This document shows, piece by piece, positions 19,109 to 29,754 of a DNA stretch of 64,000 nt. Source of the stretch: Armatimonadota bacterium (GTDB taxonomy: Bacteria; Armatimonadota; HRBIN16). Every line of letters starts with the position of its first letter. Within the stretch, counting starts at the first letter, position 1. The notes beneath the pieces are model-generated. The model saw only the letters and a list, made by a program, of their open reading frames with translations. It did no database searches and was not told the origin of the DNA. The stretch lies in the NCBI GenBank assembly GCA_963677485.1, contig OY781964.1, positions 1,984,001 through 2,048,000 on the forward strand, written 5' to 3'. A program made the translations under genes and the position numbers.

Positions 19109-20576
19109 CATGAGCCAGCAAGCAAGTCATACACCACATACGCACTCCGTGCCGCCCAGGGTCCGCATCATCGGACTACTGTTGTTGATTGTTTTGATAG
19201 TGGTCGGTGTCAAAGCCTGGCAGAAGAGCCAGATTGACCCCAACCTGTTGAAACTCAGCGGAACGGTGGAGGCCACCGAATCTGATGTCGCCCCTCGCGT
19301 GGCTGGACGAATAGTGAAGCTGCTGGTGGATGAGGGTGACCACGTGAAATCGGGGCAGACCATCGCCATCCTGCAGGCGGATGAACTCACAGCCAGAGTC
19401 GACCAGGCCACCGGTGCGATGCTGGCCAACCAGGCTCGCCTAAAGGAGCTTGAAGAAGGCACTCGCCAGGAGCGCATCCGCGCGGCGCAGGCCGACCTCG
19501 CCCGAGCGAAGGCGGTAGCTAGCGGAGCGGTGGATGTGCAGCAGACCATCGCCCTGGCCCACAGCAGAGCGAACGAGCTGAAGGCGAGCATGGTCACGGC
19601 CATGACCAACATGCAGGTGGCCCAGCGCGAATACGACGCCGCCGCAGCGCAACTGCAACTGGTGCGCAAAGGCCCCCGAAGTGAGCAGATCGATGCGGCT
19701 AAAGCCGCCGTCTCGCAGGCCGCCACTCTGGCCCACAATGCGGAGCGTGAGGCTGACAGAGCCATCGAACTCTGCACCGAAGGTGCCATCAGCGAACAGT
19801 TGCGGGATAACAGCGTGGCAGCACGCGATGCGGCCAAGGCCGTGTATGCCGGAGCGGAATCCAAACTTCGCGAGGCGCTAGCCGGCAGCCGCCCGGAGGA
19901 GATCACCAGCGCGAACGCCAAACTGGAGCAGGCCTCAGCCCGGCTCCAGGGTGCCCAGATGTTGGCCCAGACCGCAAAGCAGATGTATGACGACCGCCTG
20001 GATAACCTGCAGAGGCTTCAAAGTGCGAAAAGCAGCTCACAAGCCGCCTACCAACAGGTGCAGGCGGCTCAGGCTGCGCTGGATCTGCTCGTGAATGGGC
20101 CAAGTCAGAATGACCTTAACGCCGCGAAAGGTGGGGTGGTACAATCCAATGCTCAGCTCAACGAGGCGCAGTATATGCGCGGTCAGATCGTGATCACGGC
20201 ACCGTTCGACGGTGTGATCACCACCAAATACCGCGAGGTCGGCGAGGTGCTGACTCCGGGAGCCGCCATCGTGCGGGTCGCCAACCTGGCGCGACTCTGG
20301 GTGCGTGTCTACGCCCCGCTGACCAGCATGGGACGGTTCAAAGTGGGCGACACCGGACAGGTGATCACAGAAAGTCTGCCTGATAAGCAACTCGAAGCCA
20401 AGGTGGCCAGCATCAGCCAGGAGCCGGAGTTCACGCCCAAGAACGTGCAAACCAGCGAGGAACGTGTGAAGTTGGTCTACGCCTTGCGGCTGAACCTGCC
20501 CAACCCGAAGCAGTTGCTGAAACCGGGTATGCCCGTGGATGCGCTGATAAAGATGCAGCCGGAAACAGGCAAATAA
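19109..20576 (+). CDS. HlyD/YbhG-like membrane fusion protein with a long coiled coil (ORF track start 19032)
   Basis: TM helix, VDEGDHVKSGQ, ITAPFDG, EFTPKNVQT..R, LKPGMP. Confidence 0.93.
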
Positions 20577-21511
20577 TGAGCTCCGAACAAGTCATACGCC
20601 TGGACGGGCTGTGCAAGAGCTTCGGCAGCAACCTCGCTGTCGATAAGCTCAGCCTGACCGTAAACCGCGGCGAGATATTCGGTTTGCTGGGGCCAGACGG
20701 CGCTGGAAAGACCACCACGATACGGATGGTGGTGGGCATCATGCAGCCATCGGATGGTGACGGCGAGGTGCTGGGTTTCAATATCAATAAACAGGCTGAA
20801 CAGCTCAAACCGCACATCGGATATATGTCGCAGCGGTTCAGCCTGGATGCCGACCTCACAGTGGCGGAGAATCTGGAGTATTTCGGCGAGATCTACGAAA
20901 TCCCGAGGTCTGAAAGGGCCGCTCGGGAGAAGCTGATGTATGAGTTCAGCCGCCTGGAGCCGTTCAGACACAGGTTGGCCGGTGATCTATCTGGCGGGAT
21001 GAAGCAGAAGCTGGCGCTCGCCTGTACGCTGATGCACACCCCCTCGCTGCTGATTCTGGACGAGCCCACCACCGGCGTAGACCCCGTCTCTCGGCGGGAT
21101 TTCTGGCGTATCCTCTACCAGTTGGTGGCGGACGGCATGACGATACTGGTCAGCACGCCCTACATGGATGAAGCAGAGCGCTGTAACCGCATCGCGCTCA
21201 TGGACCAGGGGCGGCTACTGCATCTCGATACGCCTGATGCGATGAAAGCCGGTATGCGCGGTCAGCTCTTCCAACTGGAGAGCGAGCAACTCGCTGAGGC
21301 ACAGGGGCGTCTGCTGCAGCACCCAGAGGTTCATGATGTGCAACTGTTTGGCGACCGACTGCACGTGCAGGCCTCAGCCAACATCAGTGCAGAGCAGATC
21401 GAGCAGATCTGTGCTGGGCTGGGTGCTGTGGTCAGCTCCATCCCCTTCGGTCTTGAGGATGTTTTTGTGAACACCATCGCAGAGGCTCATCATACGGTGA
21501 TTCCGTCATGA
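20576..21511 (+). CDS. ABC-2 type exporter ATPase
   Basis: GPDGAGKT, LSGGMKQ, DEPTTG. Confidence 0.95.
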   Translation: MSSEQVIRLDGLCKSFGSNLAVDKLSLTVNRGEIFGLLGPDGAGKTTTIRMVVGIMQPSDGDGEVLGFNINKQAEQLKPHIGYMSQRFSLDADLTVAENLEYFGEIYEIPRSERAAREKLMYEFSRLEPFRHRLAGDLSGGMKQKLALACTLMHTPSLLILDEPTTGVDPVSRRDFWRILYQLVADGMTILVSTPYMDEAERCNRIALMDQGRLLHLDTPDAMKAGMRGQLFQLESEQLAEAQGRLLQHPEVHDVQLFGDRLHVQASANISAEQIEQICAGLGAVVSSIPFGLEDVFVNTIAEAHHTVIPS

Positions 21512-22452
21512 CAGATTTCGCGGTGCAGGTGCAGAACCTCAGTAAGCACTTCGGGAGCTTTCACGCCGTAGATGGCATCAGCTTCGAGGTAGAACGGGGA
21601 GAGATATTCGGCTTTCTGGGTCCAAACGGCGCCGGGAAAAGCACCACCATCCGAATGCTGTGCGGGCTACTTTCACCCACCTCCGGCAGCGGGCAGGTGG
21701 CGGGTCTGGACATCGTGACGCAAAGTGAGGCGATCAAAACGCGCATCGGCTATATGTCGCAGAAGTTCAGCCTTTACGACGACCTGAGCGTCGAAGAAAA
21801 CATACAATTTTATGCTGGCATCTACGGGGTTCCCGCCCGAAAGTATGCCGAACGCAAGAAGTGGATTTTGCATATGGCTGGGTTGGAAGGCCGTGAGCAG
21901 AGCCTGACCCGCGACCTGAGCATGGGCTGGAAGCAGAGGCTGGCACTGGGCACCGCCATCGTGCATGAACCCGAGATACTCTTCCTTGATGAGCCCACCA
22001 GCGGTGTGGACCCCGTCTCAAGGCGGCAGTTCTGGGAGCTGATCCATGAGGTCGCCGCAGGTGGGGTGACCGTGTTTGTGACCACACACTTCATGGACGA
22101 AGCGGAGCACTGCCAGCGGCTGGCATTGATCTATAAAGGAAAGATGGTGGCACTGGGCACACCCCGTGAGCTCAAACTGGACTTCGCGGGTAACAGCCTG
22201 GCGGACATCAGCGTGAAGCCGATACTGAAGGCATTGGAGCTGCTGATCGATCATGATCTGGTGATCGATGCGGCGCTCTTCGGCACGGACCTGCATGTGG
22301 TGGTGGCGGAGCAGGCGCATGGTGAGCCACTGATGCAGATGCTGGCTGACAACGGCTGCGAGGTGAGCCACCTGGAGTGGATCACGCCTAGCCTGGAGGA
22401 TGTGTTTGTGGGACTGATTGAACGAGAAGACCGCATGGGGGCATCTGTATGA
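21508..22452 (+). CDS. ABC-2 type exporter ATPase
   Basis: GPNGAGKS, LSMGWKQ, DEPTSG; with the previous ORF equivalent to a split YbhF. Confidence 0.95.
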   Translation: MTDFAVQVQNLSKHFGSFHAVDGISFEVERGEIFGFLGPNGAGKSTTIRMLCGLLSPTSGSGQVAGLDIVTQSEAIKTRIGYMSQKFSLYDDLSVEENIQFYAGIYGVPARKYAERKKWILHMAGLEGREQSLTRDLSMGWKQRLALGTAIVHEPEILFLDEPTSGVDPVSRRQFWELIHEVAAGGVTVFVTTHFMDEAEHCQRLALIYKGKMVALGTPRELKLDFAGNSLADISVKPILKALELLIDHDLVIDAALFGTDLHVVVAEQAHGEPLMQMLADNGCEVSHLEWITPSLEDVFVGLIEREDRMGASV

Positions 22453-23576
22453 ACCGCCGAATGAGGGCTGTGGCCAAGCGCGAATACATCCAGATCAAGC
22501 GCGATCCCCGAAGTCTGGCGGTGGCTATCATACTGCCCATCGTGATGCTGCTGCTCTACGGCTACGGCATCAACCTGGATGTGAAACACATCCGCACGGC
22601 TATTTGTGACCAGGACCGCACCGCCACTTCGCGGAAGATCATCGATGTCATCGCACAGTGCGGCCACTTCGACATGGTGGATTATCTGGACAGCCCCAGT
22701 TCCATCGACAGCGTTCTTGACAGCAATCAGTCCAAAATCGTGATATGGATACCCAAGGGCTTCCAGAAGCTAATGGCACGCAACCGCGCCGTGCTGCCGA
22801 TATTGACCGATGGATCCGACAGCCAGACGAGTGCTTTAGCCACCAGTTACGCCAGTAGTGCGTTGTTGGATTACGCACAAAAGCTGAGCGTCAGACAGGC
22901 CATCAGCCGGACCGGCGTGATGCCTCCAGGCGGTGTGGAGCTGCGCACACGCATGTGGTACAACCCTGAGCTGAACAGTGCGCACTACATTGTGCCCGGG
23001 TTGATCGCGGTGATCCTGATGCTGCTCAGCGCGCTGCTCACCAGCATGACCATCGTGAAAGAACGCGAGCGGGGCAGTTTTGAGCAGATCGCCGTCAGTC
23101 CGATCAAGCCGCATGAGCTGATCATCGGCAAGCTGATACCCTACATGATTCTAGCGTTCTTCGATGTGCTGCTGGTCAGTGTGGGCGGGGCGTTGATCTT
23201 TGGGGTGCCGATGCATGGCAGTCCGTGGTTGTTCGCGTTTGGCAGTCTGCTGTTCCTTCTGGCGGCACTCAGTCTGGGGCTGGTCATCTCGTCGGCCGCA
23301 CCCACGCAGTTGGCAGCAATGACGGTGGCCATGATGGGCACCATGATCCCCACCATATTACTCTCAGGATTTGTGTTTCCGGTGAGTGCCATGCCAAAGC
23401 CTATACAGATACTGACCATTGCCATCCCCGCACGCTTCTATTTGGTGTTTACCAGAGGTGTGCTGTTGAAGGGTATCGGATTGAATGAACTCTGGCCGGA
23501 AGTGCTGATCCTGGGCGCTACCTCTGTAGTGCTGATGATGATGAGCATGCGACGGCTAGTAAAGCGGGTGGGTTAA
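22449..23576 (+). CDS. ABC-2 permease (YbhS-like)
   Basis: WYNPEL..VPGL, KERERGSFEQ, LSGFVFP. Confidence 0.93.
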   Translation: MNRRMRAVAKREYIQIKRDPRSLAVAIILPIVMLLLYGYGINLDVKHIRTAICDQDRTATSRKIIDVIAQCGHFDMVDYLDSPSSIDSVLDSNQSKIVIWIPKGFQKLMARNRAVLPILTDGSDSQTSALATSYASSALLDYAQKLSVRQAISRTGVMPPGGVELRTRMWYNPELNSAHYIVPGLIAVILMLLSALLTSMTIVKERERGSFEQIAVSPIKPHELIIGKLIPYMILAFFDVLLVSVGGALIFGVPMHGSPWLFAFGSLLFLLAALSLGLVISSAAPTQLAAMTVAMMGTMIPTILLSGFVFPVSAMPKPIQILTIAIPARFYLVFTRGVLLKGIGLNELWPEVLILGATSVVLMMMSMRRLVKRVG

Positions 23577-23579
23577 CAG

Positions 23580-24719
23580 ATGGCGATTATCAACTGGCAG
23601 CGAGTGATGCACGTGGTTCGCAAGGAGCTGCTTCAGCTCAAACGCGACAAAAAAATGATGGGTCCCATCTTCATAGCTCCGATCTTTCAGTTGCTGGTGT
23701 TTGGATATGCCATCACCTCGGACATCAAGAATGTTCATACCGTGATGGTCGATATGGACCACAGCCAGTATAGCCGCCAATTGATCGAGCGGTTCCGAGG
23801 GGCTGGAGAGACCTTCTCCCTCGATAAACAGGCGGACAGCCCTGTCTTGGTTGATAAGCTGCTGGATTCGGGACTGAGCCAATTGGCGATCGTGATACCT
23901 AAAGGCTTCCAGCGCGCCATCGGACGCGGCGATACAGCCCCTGTGCAGGCGATTTTGGATGGTTCTGACAGTAAGACCGCCTCGCTGATCAACAGTTATG
24001 TCAACGCCGTGGTGAGCGGGTTCAGCAGGCAGCGGGTGGATACCTGGCTCCGCGCCCGAGGCAGCACGCTTCAGATGCCGCTGCAGGTCAGACCGCGAAA
24101 CTGGTATAACCCCGACATGCGCAGCGTGAACTATATGGTGCCCGGTGTGCTCTGCCTGATTTTGATGGTGGTCACCATGATGCTGACCTCGCTCTCCATC
24201 GTGCGGGAGCGAGAGATTGGCACGCTGGAGCAGATCATCGTCACGCCGATCACCAACCTGGAGCTGATGCTGGGCAAGATGATCCCCTTCGCCATCATCG
24301 GCATGGTTGATGTGGTGCTGATTTTGTTGGTCTCCACGCTGTGGTTCAAAGTGCCCATTGCCGGCAGCATACTGCTCTTGCTGGTGCTGACGATGGTGTT
24401 CTTGACGGCCACACTGGGACTGGGTTTGTTCATCAGCACCATCAGCCGCACGCAGCAGCAGGCGATGATGGTCAGCTTCTTTATCATGCAGCCCAGCATC
24501 CTTCTGTCGGGCTTCATGTTTCCGGTGGACAACATGCCCCAAGCCATCCGGCTGCTGACCACGGTGATTCCGCTGCGGTATTATCTGGAGATCGTGCGGG
24601 GGATTTTCCTACGCGGGGTGGGCATTGAGGTGCTCTGGCCGCAGACGCTGGCGCTGGTCGGGCTGACGGCTCTTCTCGTGTGGGGCAGCGTCAAGCGGTT
24701 TGTGAAGCAGGTGGGTTGA
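23580..24719 (+). CDS. ABC-2 permease (YbhR-like)
   Basis: WYNPDM..VPG, REREIGTLEQ, LSGFMFP. Confidence 0.93.
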   Translation: MAIINWQRVMHVVRKELLQLKRDKKMMGPIFIAPIFQLLVFGYAITSDIKNVHTVMVDMDHSQYSRQLIERFRGAGETFSLDKQADSPVLVDKLLDSGLSQLAIVIPKGFQRAIGRGDTAPVQAILDGSDSKTASLINSYVNAVVSGFSRQRVDTWLRARGSTLQMPLQVRPRNWYNPDMRSVNYMVPGVLCLILMVVTMMLTSLSIVREREIGTLEQIIVTPITNLELMLGKMIPFAIIGMVDVVLILLVSTLWFKVPIAGSILLLLVLTMVFLTATLGLGLFISTISRTQQQAMMVSFFIMQPSILLSGFMFPVDNMPQAIRLLTTVIPLRYYLEIVRGIFLRGVGIEVLWPQTLALVGLTALLVWGSVKRFVKQVG

Positions 24720-24854
24720 GGGGCAGGTGGGGCTTCGTGTGGTGGGAAGGGTTTCGCGTGCGGTAGGGGCTTCGCGTGCGGAGCCCTTCATGCACGGCGG
24801 TATTGTGGTATTCCTAAAGATCACTCCTCCCTGGCCGCCGTCATCCTATATCCC

Positions 24855-25373
24855 TTAGGCCAAATAGAGAAACATTAAAGCTCCTGGATACGTGATATAC
24901 CATGGAAATAGGGATAACATCTCTCTACTGAATAACGTTGCGTCATGCGGTATTCGCGTTTGTATGTATGCGATAATCAAGCATAAAATAACAGATTTCA
25001 GACATGCGGTAGCTATGTTTGAGTTCCACCGTCTACACGATTCTGTGGATGCAACTGTAAAATAGTTAAATACCATCAGACTTACAAAAAAATGTATACT
25101 CATAGGAAAAAACAGCAGAGAACAGACTGAAAACATCAGTGATCTAGCTAAAATCGCTACATACTTTGCACGTTTTAGTGTAGAGTATGCGGCAGCAAAA
25201 AACGCATTAAAGAGGATGGCAGCGAGATACGACCTGGTAAGCACCAGACATAATGCTGTCATCGCGGTTAAAATCAAACAGAAATGTAAGATGGGTATTT
25301 TGGCAACCATACACATACCCGATAGCTTAAGGGTATGCCATTTGCTCTGATTCCTTCGTATTCCTACCATCAT
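24855..25373 (-). CDS. Low-GC hydrophobic hypothetical protein (start uncertain), possible orphan immunity protein
   Basis: Several TM segments, AT-rich relative to neighbours. Confidence 0.5.
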   Translation of the reverse strand: MMVGIRRNQSKWHTLKLSGMCMVAKIPILHFCLILTAMTALCLVLTRSYLAAILFNAFFAAAYSTLKRAKYVAILARSLMFSVCSLLFFPMSIHFFVSLMVFNYFTVASTESCRRWNSNIATACLKSVILCLIIAYIQTRIPHDATLFSREMLSLFPWYITYPGALMFLYLA

Positions 25374-25390
25374 GTTCCAACTCTCTGCGG

Positions 25391-25485
25391 CCCGGAGCCG
25401 CTGGTCATATCACCAAATGTGTTACATTACCGGAGTTACGCTTGTGGCTGTCGTCCGTGCGGCTCACCCCAATGCTGTCGAGCAT
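25391..25485 (-). pseudogene. Possible decayed RHS-core fragment
   Basis: LDSIGVSR.TDDS, then after a frameshift NTFGDMTSGSG; resembles D.LGS.R.LTD.SG...YDAFG. Confidence 0.4.
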
Positions 25486-26339
25486 CATCGGTTGGCTTCT
25501 GTATGACACTTCAATAACCCTCTCAGCCAGCTATAGGACATATACCCCTCGACGATCAATGGGGCAAATATCATCGACATAATAAAGGCTATCCAAAAGG
25601 CCATGTCTCTTAATTCCGATTTTGGCCATACAGCGATATGTACCGGCATATATGCCACGACGAAATATGCCAGTGCGCCACCAATAATAATGCGCATGAT
25701 GTGCCATTGTTGAGTTGTGACCCATATCTTAGCGAGGCTTAGGATTACTACAGGGAGCCACAGCATCATGAAAAACATATAACCGAATTCGTAACCAAAT
25801 CCTTCCGGCCCGAAGCCTAATCGAATTCCCAAGCCGTAAAGCAGCAACAGCATCAGTCTGTATAATACCCACATAAGTATACTGGCGTAGTAGGTCATTT
25901 TATCGCTTTCGGTCACTGGGTTCTCACTACAGATTGGCAGAAGGTGCTCTTTATGCCACCGCCAGGAGATGAAGCCTTCAATGATTAACGGCGAGGTAAT
26001 GGCGAGTATACCCAGTAGAATTGAATACTTTGTGACTTGCCACGGGCAAAAAGCAACTGTCGCTACGATAAAGGCAATCAGCAGATACAGTATCACGACA
26101 CCATGAATCATTCTCGTATAATGCCATACCATAGCAGGCATTTTCCATCCCGCCCACCAGACAACATATGAAGGTATTACAAGCGTTATTACGGCTACAT
26201 AACCTACAGTAAGATAGTATCCGTACGGGGTAAAGTTTTGATACGCTACCAGTATGTATACCACGAATAACAAAAGCCGATATGCGTTATATAACACACC
26301 GTGCGGCGGTTTGACCATATTAGCAATGAACCTCGTCAT
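25485..26339 (-). CDS. Low-GC integral membrane protein made of two tandem homologous halves
   Basis: YRLLL..GY..P..WHYTRMIHG..PLIIEGFISWRW recurs as YRLML..GY..P..WHIMRIIIG..PLIVEGYMSYSW. Confidence 0.75.
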   Translation of the reverse strand: MTRFIANMVKPPHGVLYNAYRLLLFVVYILVAYQNFTPYGYYLTVGYVAVITLVIPSYVVWWAGWKMPAMVWHYTRMIHGVVILYLLIAFIVATVAFCPWQVTKYSILLGILAITSPLIIEGFISWRWHKEHLLPICSENPVTESDKMTYYASILMWVLYRLMLLLLYGLGIRLGFGPEGFGYEFGYMFFMMLWLPVVILSLAKIWVTTQQWHIMRIIIGGALAYFVVAYMPVHIAVWPKSELRDMAFWIAFIMSMIFAPLIVEGYMSYSWLRGLLKCHTEANR

Positions 26340-26534
26340 GCTATATTCCTAATTTTGGTATGAAAGGAACTAAGGGCGTGGGAGCCATCACACTTCGTAT
26401 GTCCTTTGCAGGCGTTGATTGCTTCATGTATCCGATTTTTGGCGGACTGCTATCAGCATACTGTTTTCACATACGTGTGTCAATGGATTTCAGCCAAAGT
26501 TTGCGGTGATTTTCGGGCAGGTATGTCATGTCCT

Positions 26535-26820
26535 AATCTGCGGTATCAGCGTAATCTGTGGATTACCATTCCCATACCGTGCCAATAGCTATCCGCCATG
26601 GAGAAAGACCGGCGCGGTCTTAGGCCTACTGACATCGCTCGCATACCGCCAGACCGCCCCGGACATAGGCATTCCAGACCGCTCGGAAGGGCGGTTCGCG
26701 AACCGCCCCTAGTACGCGACACGTCGGCGCGATCATAACCCTTCGCGCCTTCGCGTCTTCGCGTGAGACTAAACCGGCACCTACGAAACCCTCCGCGGAC
26801 TCCGCGTCTCCGCGTGAGGC
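26535..26820. repeat. Composite repeat cluster with a 30-nt-loop hairpin, REP GGGCGGTTCGCGAACCGCCC, and an orphan IS110 left junction
   Basis: Same modules as at 11.9 kb, 41 kb and 49 kb. Confidence 0.85.
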
Positions 26821-26836
26821 GCGCCGTCTGTGCCAT

Positions 26837-29530
26837 CTACCCCTTGGTGTGCAGATCCAATGTTTTCGGGTAAAGCCTGGGGACACCGCCGGTTAACTCC
26901 TGCCGAACGATGACCGCGCCATAGGCCTCCAGGCTCAACACAACCTGGGCTGGATTGGGCAGGGGGGTGATCTCCCCCGTGGCCAGGTTGCACATTTCTG
27001 CGGCACGAGCCGGCTGGCAGATCGTCACGCCGCCGCGCCAGCGCTTGGGGCTGTCGTTGATGATCAGGAACACATCATGGCCATCGATCACGCGCCGGGT
27101 TATGCGCACAGGAGCCGTCGGGTTGCTGATGACCACATCCCTGCCAAGCACGGCGTCCAGAACAGCGGGCAGCTCATTTACCATATGAGGCGGAAGGTAG
27201 ATGCCATACCCACCCTTGGTGTTCGAGGCCCAGCAGGGCGATTTCGCATCTTTCGGCGTCCCAAACATGCGGATGGCGCATGACTTTGCGGCTGCTGAGG
27301 GGAAGTCACGCTCGGAGTCCAGCGGCAGCGATCCAGCGGCGATGACCACTCCGCCGTTTTCCCAGAACCGCTCCAGGTTCCTCCACGCATCAGCGGGCAG
27401 CGTGTCGGTGTCCGGCAGCACCACCACCGAGAAGGCCAACCTGTGGTACTGCAGCTCGTTCTGGCTGATCTTGGCCTCAAGAAGCGTGCGGGTATCGATG
27501 TGGGAGAACTCTCGCTGGTGTTCGTAAAGCAGGTTGTTGACCTGCTGGTATATCTGAGCCAGCCGATCCATCATCGGACCGGCTTCGGTCACCTGGTGTT
27601 TGGATGGTTTGAATCGTGGCCAGGCGGATTGGATGGGATACAGCACGCCGATGCGGGCGTTGCGGGCTCCGCCCGTGAGCGCCATGCATGCGCGCCCTGT
27701 CCACAGGTTCAGCTCGTTGATGTCCGCCACAGACAGATCCCTAAAGCCGCTGTAGCTGTTGAACCGGTTGATGCCACCCAGCAGCAGGCGGTTAATGGTG
27801 CCGCGGAACTGCTCCAGACTCACGGGGATAGGCGGTTTGGCCATCATCTCCGAAAAGTCCGAGGTCTCGCTCATCACCAGCGTGCTTCCCTCAAGCTCGC
27901 CGGCACTGCTGGCCAAGCGTGCTGTGTACCATGGCGACTGGGCGGGAACTAATGAGAGCACATCGATGCCTGGCACATCCATTTCGCGCAGGCAGGCAAA
28001 GAAGTCGCCGTATAACGGAACGTGCTCGCGAAGGTCTTCCTCCAGCAACAAATGGCCGCCAGACGGGATGTTGTGCGCTTTACACCAGATGCGTATCCGC
28101 TCAAAATAGTTAGTACGCAACTGCTCTGCTACGGTCAGCCAGAAATCATACCGCGTGCGGGCGGCTCCCGGGCCATCGAGGAACAACAGCGGCAACTCGG
28201 CGGTCAACTGCCGACCTGTCCTCTTCGTAAAACCGGCCGCAAGGCTTGGGTGCCAGGCGATAGGGGCCCACGGCATCGCCCAGACATAATAGTCGGCGAT
28301 CAGCGATGGCTCATCCGTGAATGTGGAGACAAACACCTTACCCAGGTCATTGCCGATCTCTTTAGCGTATCGGTCGTGTGTGATTTGAATAAACGAGGCG
28401 ATCGCATCAGGGTCCAGCAGACTGACGTATGGTGCGTGTTCGGGAACACCGCTGAAATCAACCTGCGAGCCATCAAACAGCCGGTCCTCACTCACTGCGA
28501 GAAGCTGCCATCGGCCCTTAGGTGCCGTCCAGTCGATCTTGTTATCAACCGGCGTTGGTAGATCAATGGCGCTTTTCAGAAGGATACCACCCTGTTTGTC
28601 CATCTTGAAGGCTTTCGCTAACAACAGTTTACCAGGCGGCATCGGCAGATGATACACCTCCGGCTCTTTACCTGCCGGTGTGAGCACTTCGAGCTCCACC
28701 ACCCGGACGATGCCCTCCTGCTGGGCTGGACCCTTTTCGCCCAGGAAGCGTATTTGGCTGGTTTTGACGGCCTGCCTGGCCACATGCCGACGCTGCACAT
28801 CCCTGTTTCCGCTCACATCGGCATCGGCAAACTGCCGCCACATGCCGTTATCCATATATTCAATGGTATAGTCCTGAGCTTCGTAGCCTCTCATGGTGTG
28901 GAACACGATCTGCTTTACTGCGACCGGCGAATCCCACTCCAGCGTCAACCAGACGGGTTTCGTGCGCGAAGACGGATCGGTGGCAGGGTCATTCGTCCAG
29001 TGATTCCAGTCCAATGGGGCAGCAGCACCGTTGTTCACATTTTCGGGCTTATAGGAGCCGCCCGCCTTGTCGGTGCTGCTGGCGGTGACTTTCGCTAGCG
29101 GTCCCACATTCATCAAGCCATCAGAGTTGATTTCGCTGCCTTGGGTTGTGGCCAGCAAGGCATGGGCCTCCCGCTCAGGATGTCCTTCGAGCACTAGCCC
29201 CCCAGCTCTGCCAGAGGGATACCCCGCCTCATCATATAACCACAGATCAAGTCCGGCTTTGCGTATGGCCGCGATACCGCCGCGCATGGCGTCCCAGTTT
29301 GCAGAACTCGTGACGTATCCGCCACCAAAGTTGATGCTGTTCACAAACCCGCCGAACCCGTTCTTCAGAAGGTCATCAACCTGCTGCTGTCGGGCGGCTT
29401 CTGTGCCGGGCCAGCCGTGATTGATCTTCAAGATGCGGCAGGATGCGGGTGGGTTCTTGAACTGCTCAGTAAAGCGGGAACTATCTGGTGTCATTTCGTG
29501 CTCCTTGTGCGTCAACCGGATGTCAGCCAA
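26837..29530 (-). CDS. GH106-like glycoside hydrolase with an inserted F5/8-type C (CBM32-like) domain
   Basis: GFGG, WLYDEAGYPSGRAGG, FTDEPS, DVPGID. Confidence 0.75.
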   Translation of the reverse strand: MADIRLTHKEHEMTPDSSRFTEQFKNPPASCRILKINHGWPGTEAARQQQVDDLLKNGFGGFVNSINFGGGYVTSSANWDAMRGGIAAIRKAGLDLWLYDEAGYPSGRAGGLVLEGHPEREAHALLATTQGSEINSDGLMNVGPLAKVTASSTDKAGGSYKPENVNNGAAAPLDWNHWTNDPATDPSSRTKPVWLTLEWDSPVAVKQIVFHTMRGYEAQDYTIEYMDNGMWRQFADADVSGNRDVQRRHVARQAVKTSQIRFLGEKGPAQQEGIVRVVELEVLTPAGKEPEVYHLPMPPGKLLLAKAFKMDKQGGILLKSAIDLPTPVDNKIDWTAPKGRWQLLAVSEDRLFDGSQVDFSGVPEHAPYVSLLDPDAIASFIQITHDRYAKEIGNDLGKVFVSTFTDEPSLIADYYVWAMPWAPIAWHPSLAAGFTKRTGRQLTAELPLLFLDGPGAARTRYDFWLTVAEQLRTNYFERIRIWCKAHNIPSGGHLLLEEDLREHVPLYGDFFACLREMDVPGIDVLSLVPAQSPWYTARLASSAGELEGSTLVMSETSDFSEMMAKPPIPVSLEQFRGTINRLLLGGINRFNSYSGFRDLSVADINELNLWTGRACMALTGGARNARIGVLYPIQSAWPRFKPSKHQVTEAGPMMDRLAQIYQQVNNLLYEHQREFSHIDTRTLLEAKISQNELQYHRLAFSVVVLPDTDTLPADAWRNLERFWENGGVVIAAGSLPLDSERDFPSAAAKSCAIRMFGTPKDAKSPCWASNTKGGYGIYLPPHMVNELPAVLDAVLGRDVVISNPTAPVRITRRVIDGHDVFLIINDSPKRWRGGVTICQPARAAEMCNLATGEITPLPNPAQVVLSLEAYGAVIVRQELTGGVPRLYPKTLDLHTKG

Positions 29531-29754
29531 AGCGCGGAAGATGATCGACCTTGGTTACTTACAGTTTCAAGCCATGAGAGGGAAAATCCTGCCAAACAGG
29601 CTTCAACGCGCGGGTTATGGCGCATATGCGTTGTCATATGGCCTATTCGAGGCCTGCTCGATCATACTGGCACCTCGGTCGGATAGAATCTCATGTAGAA
29701 TGTATGCGTTCGAAGCCGCCGTCACCATTCATTCTCATTCTGCAGGTTAGCACT

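Noticed and set aside
19127-24562. Long antisense ORFs over the efflux operon (e.g. 19127-19921, 23556-24542)
   Set aside because: Shadow frames of GC-rich coding DNA.
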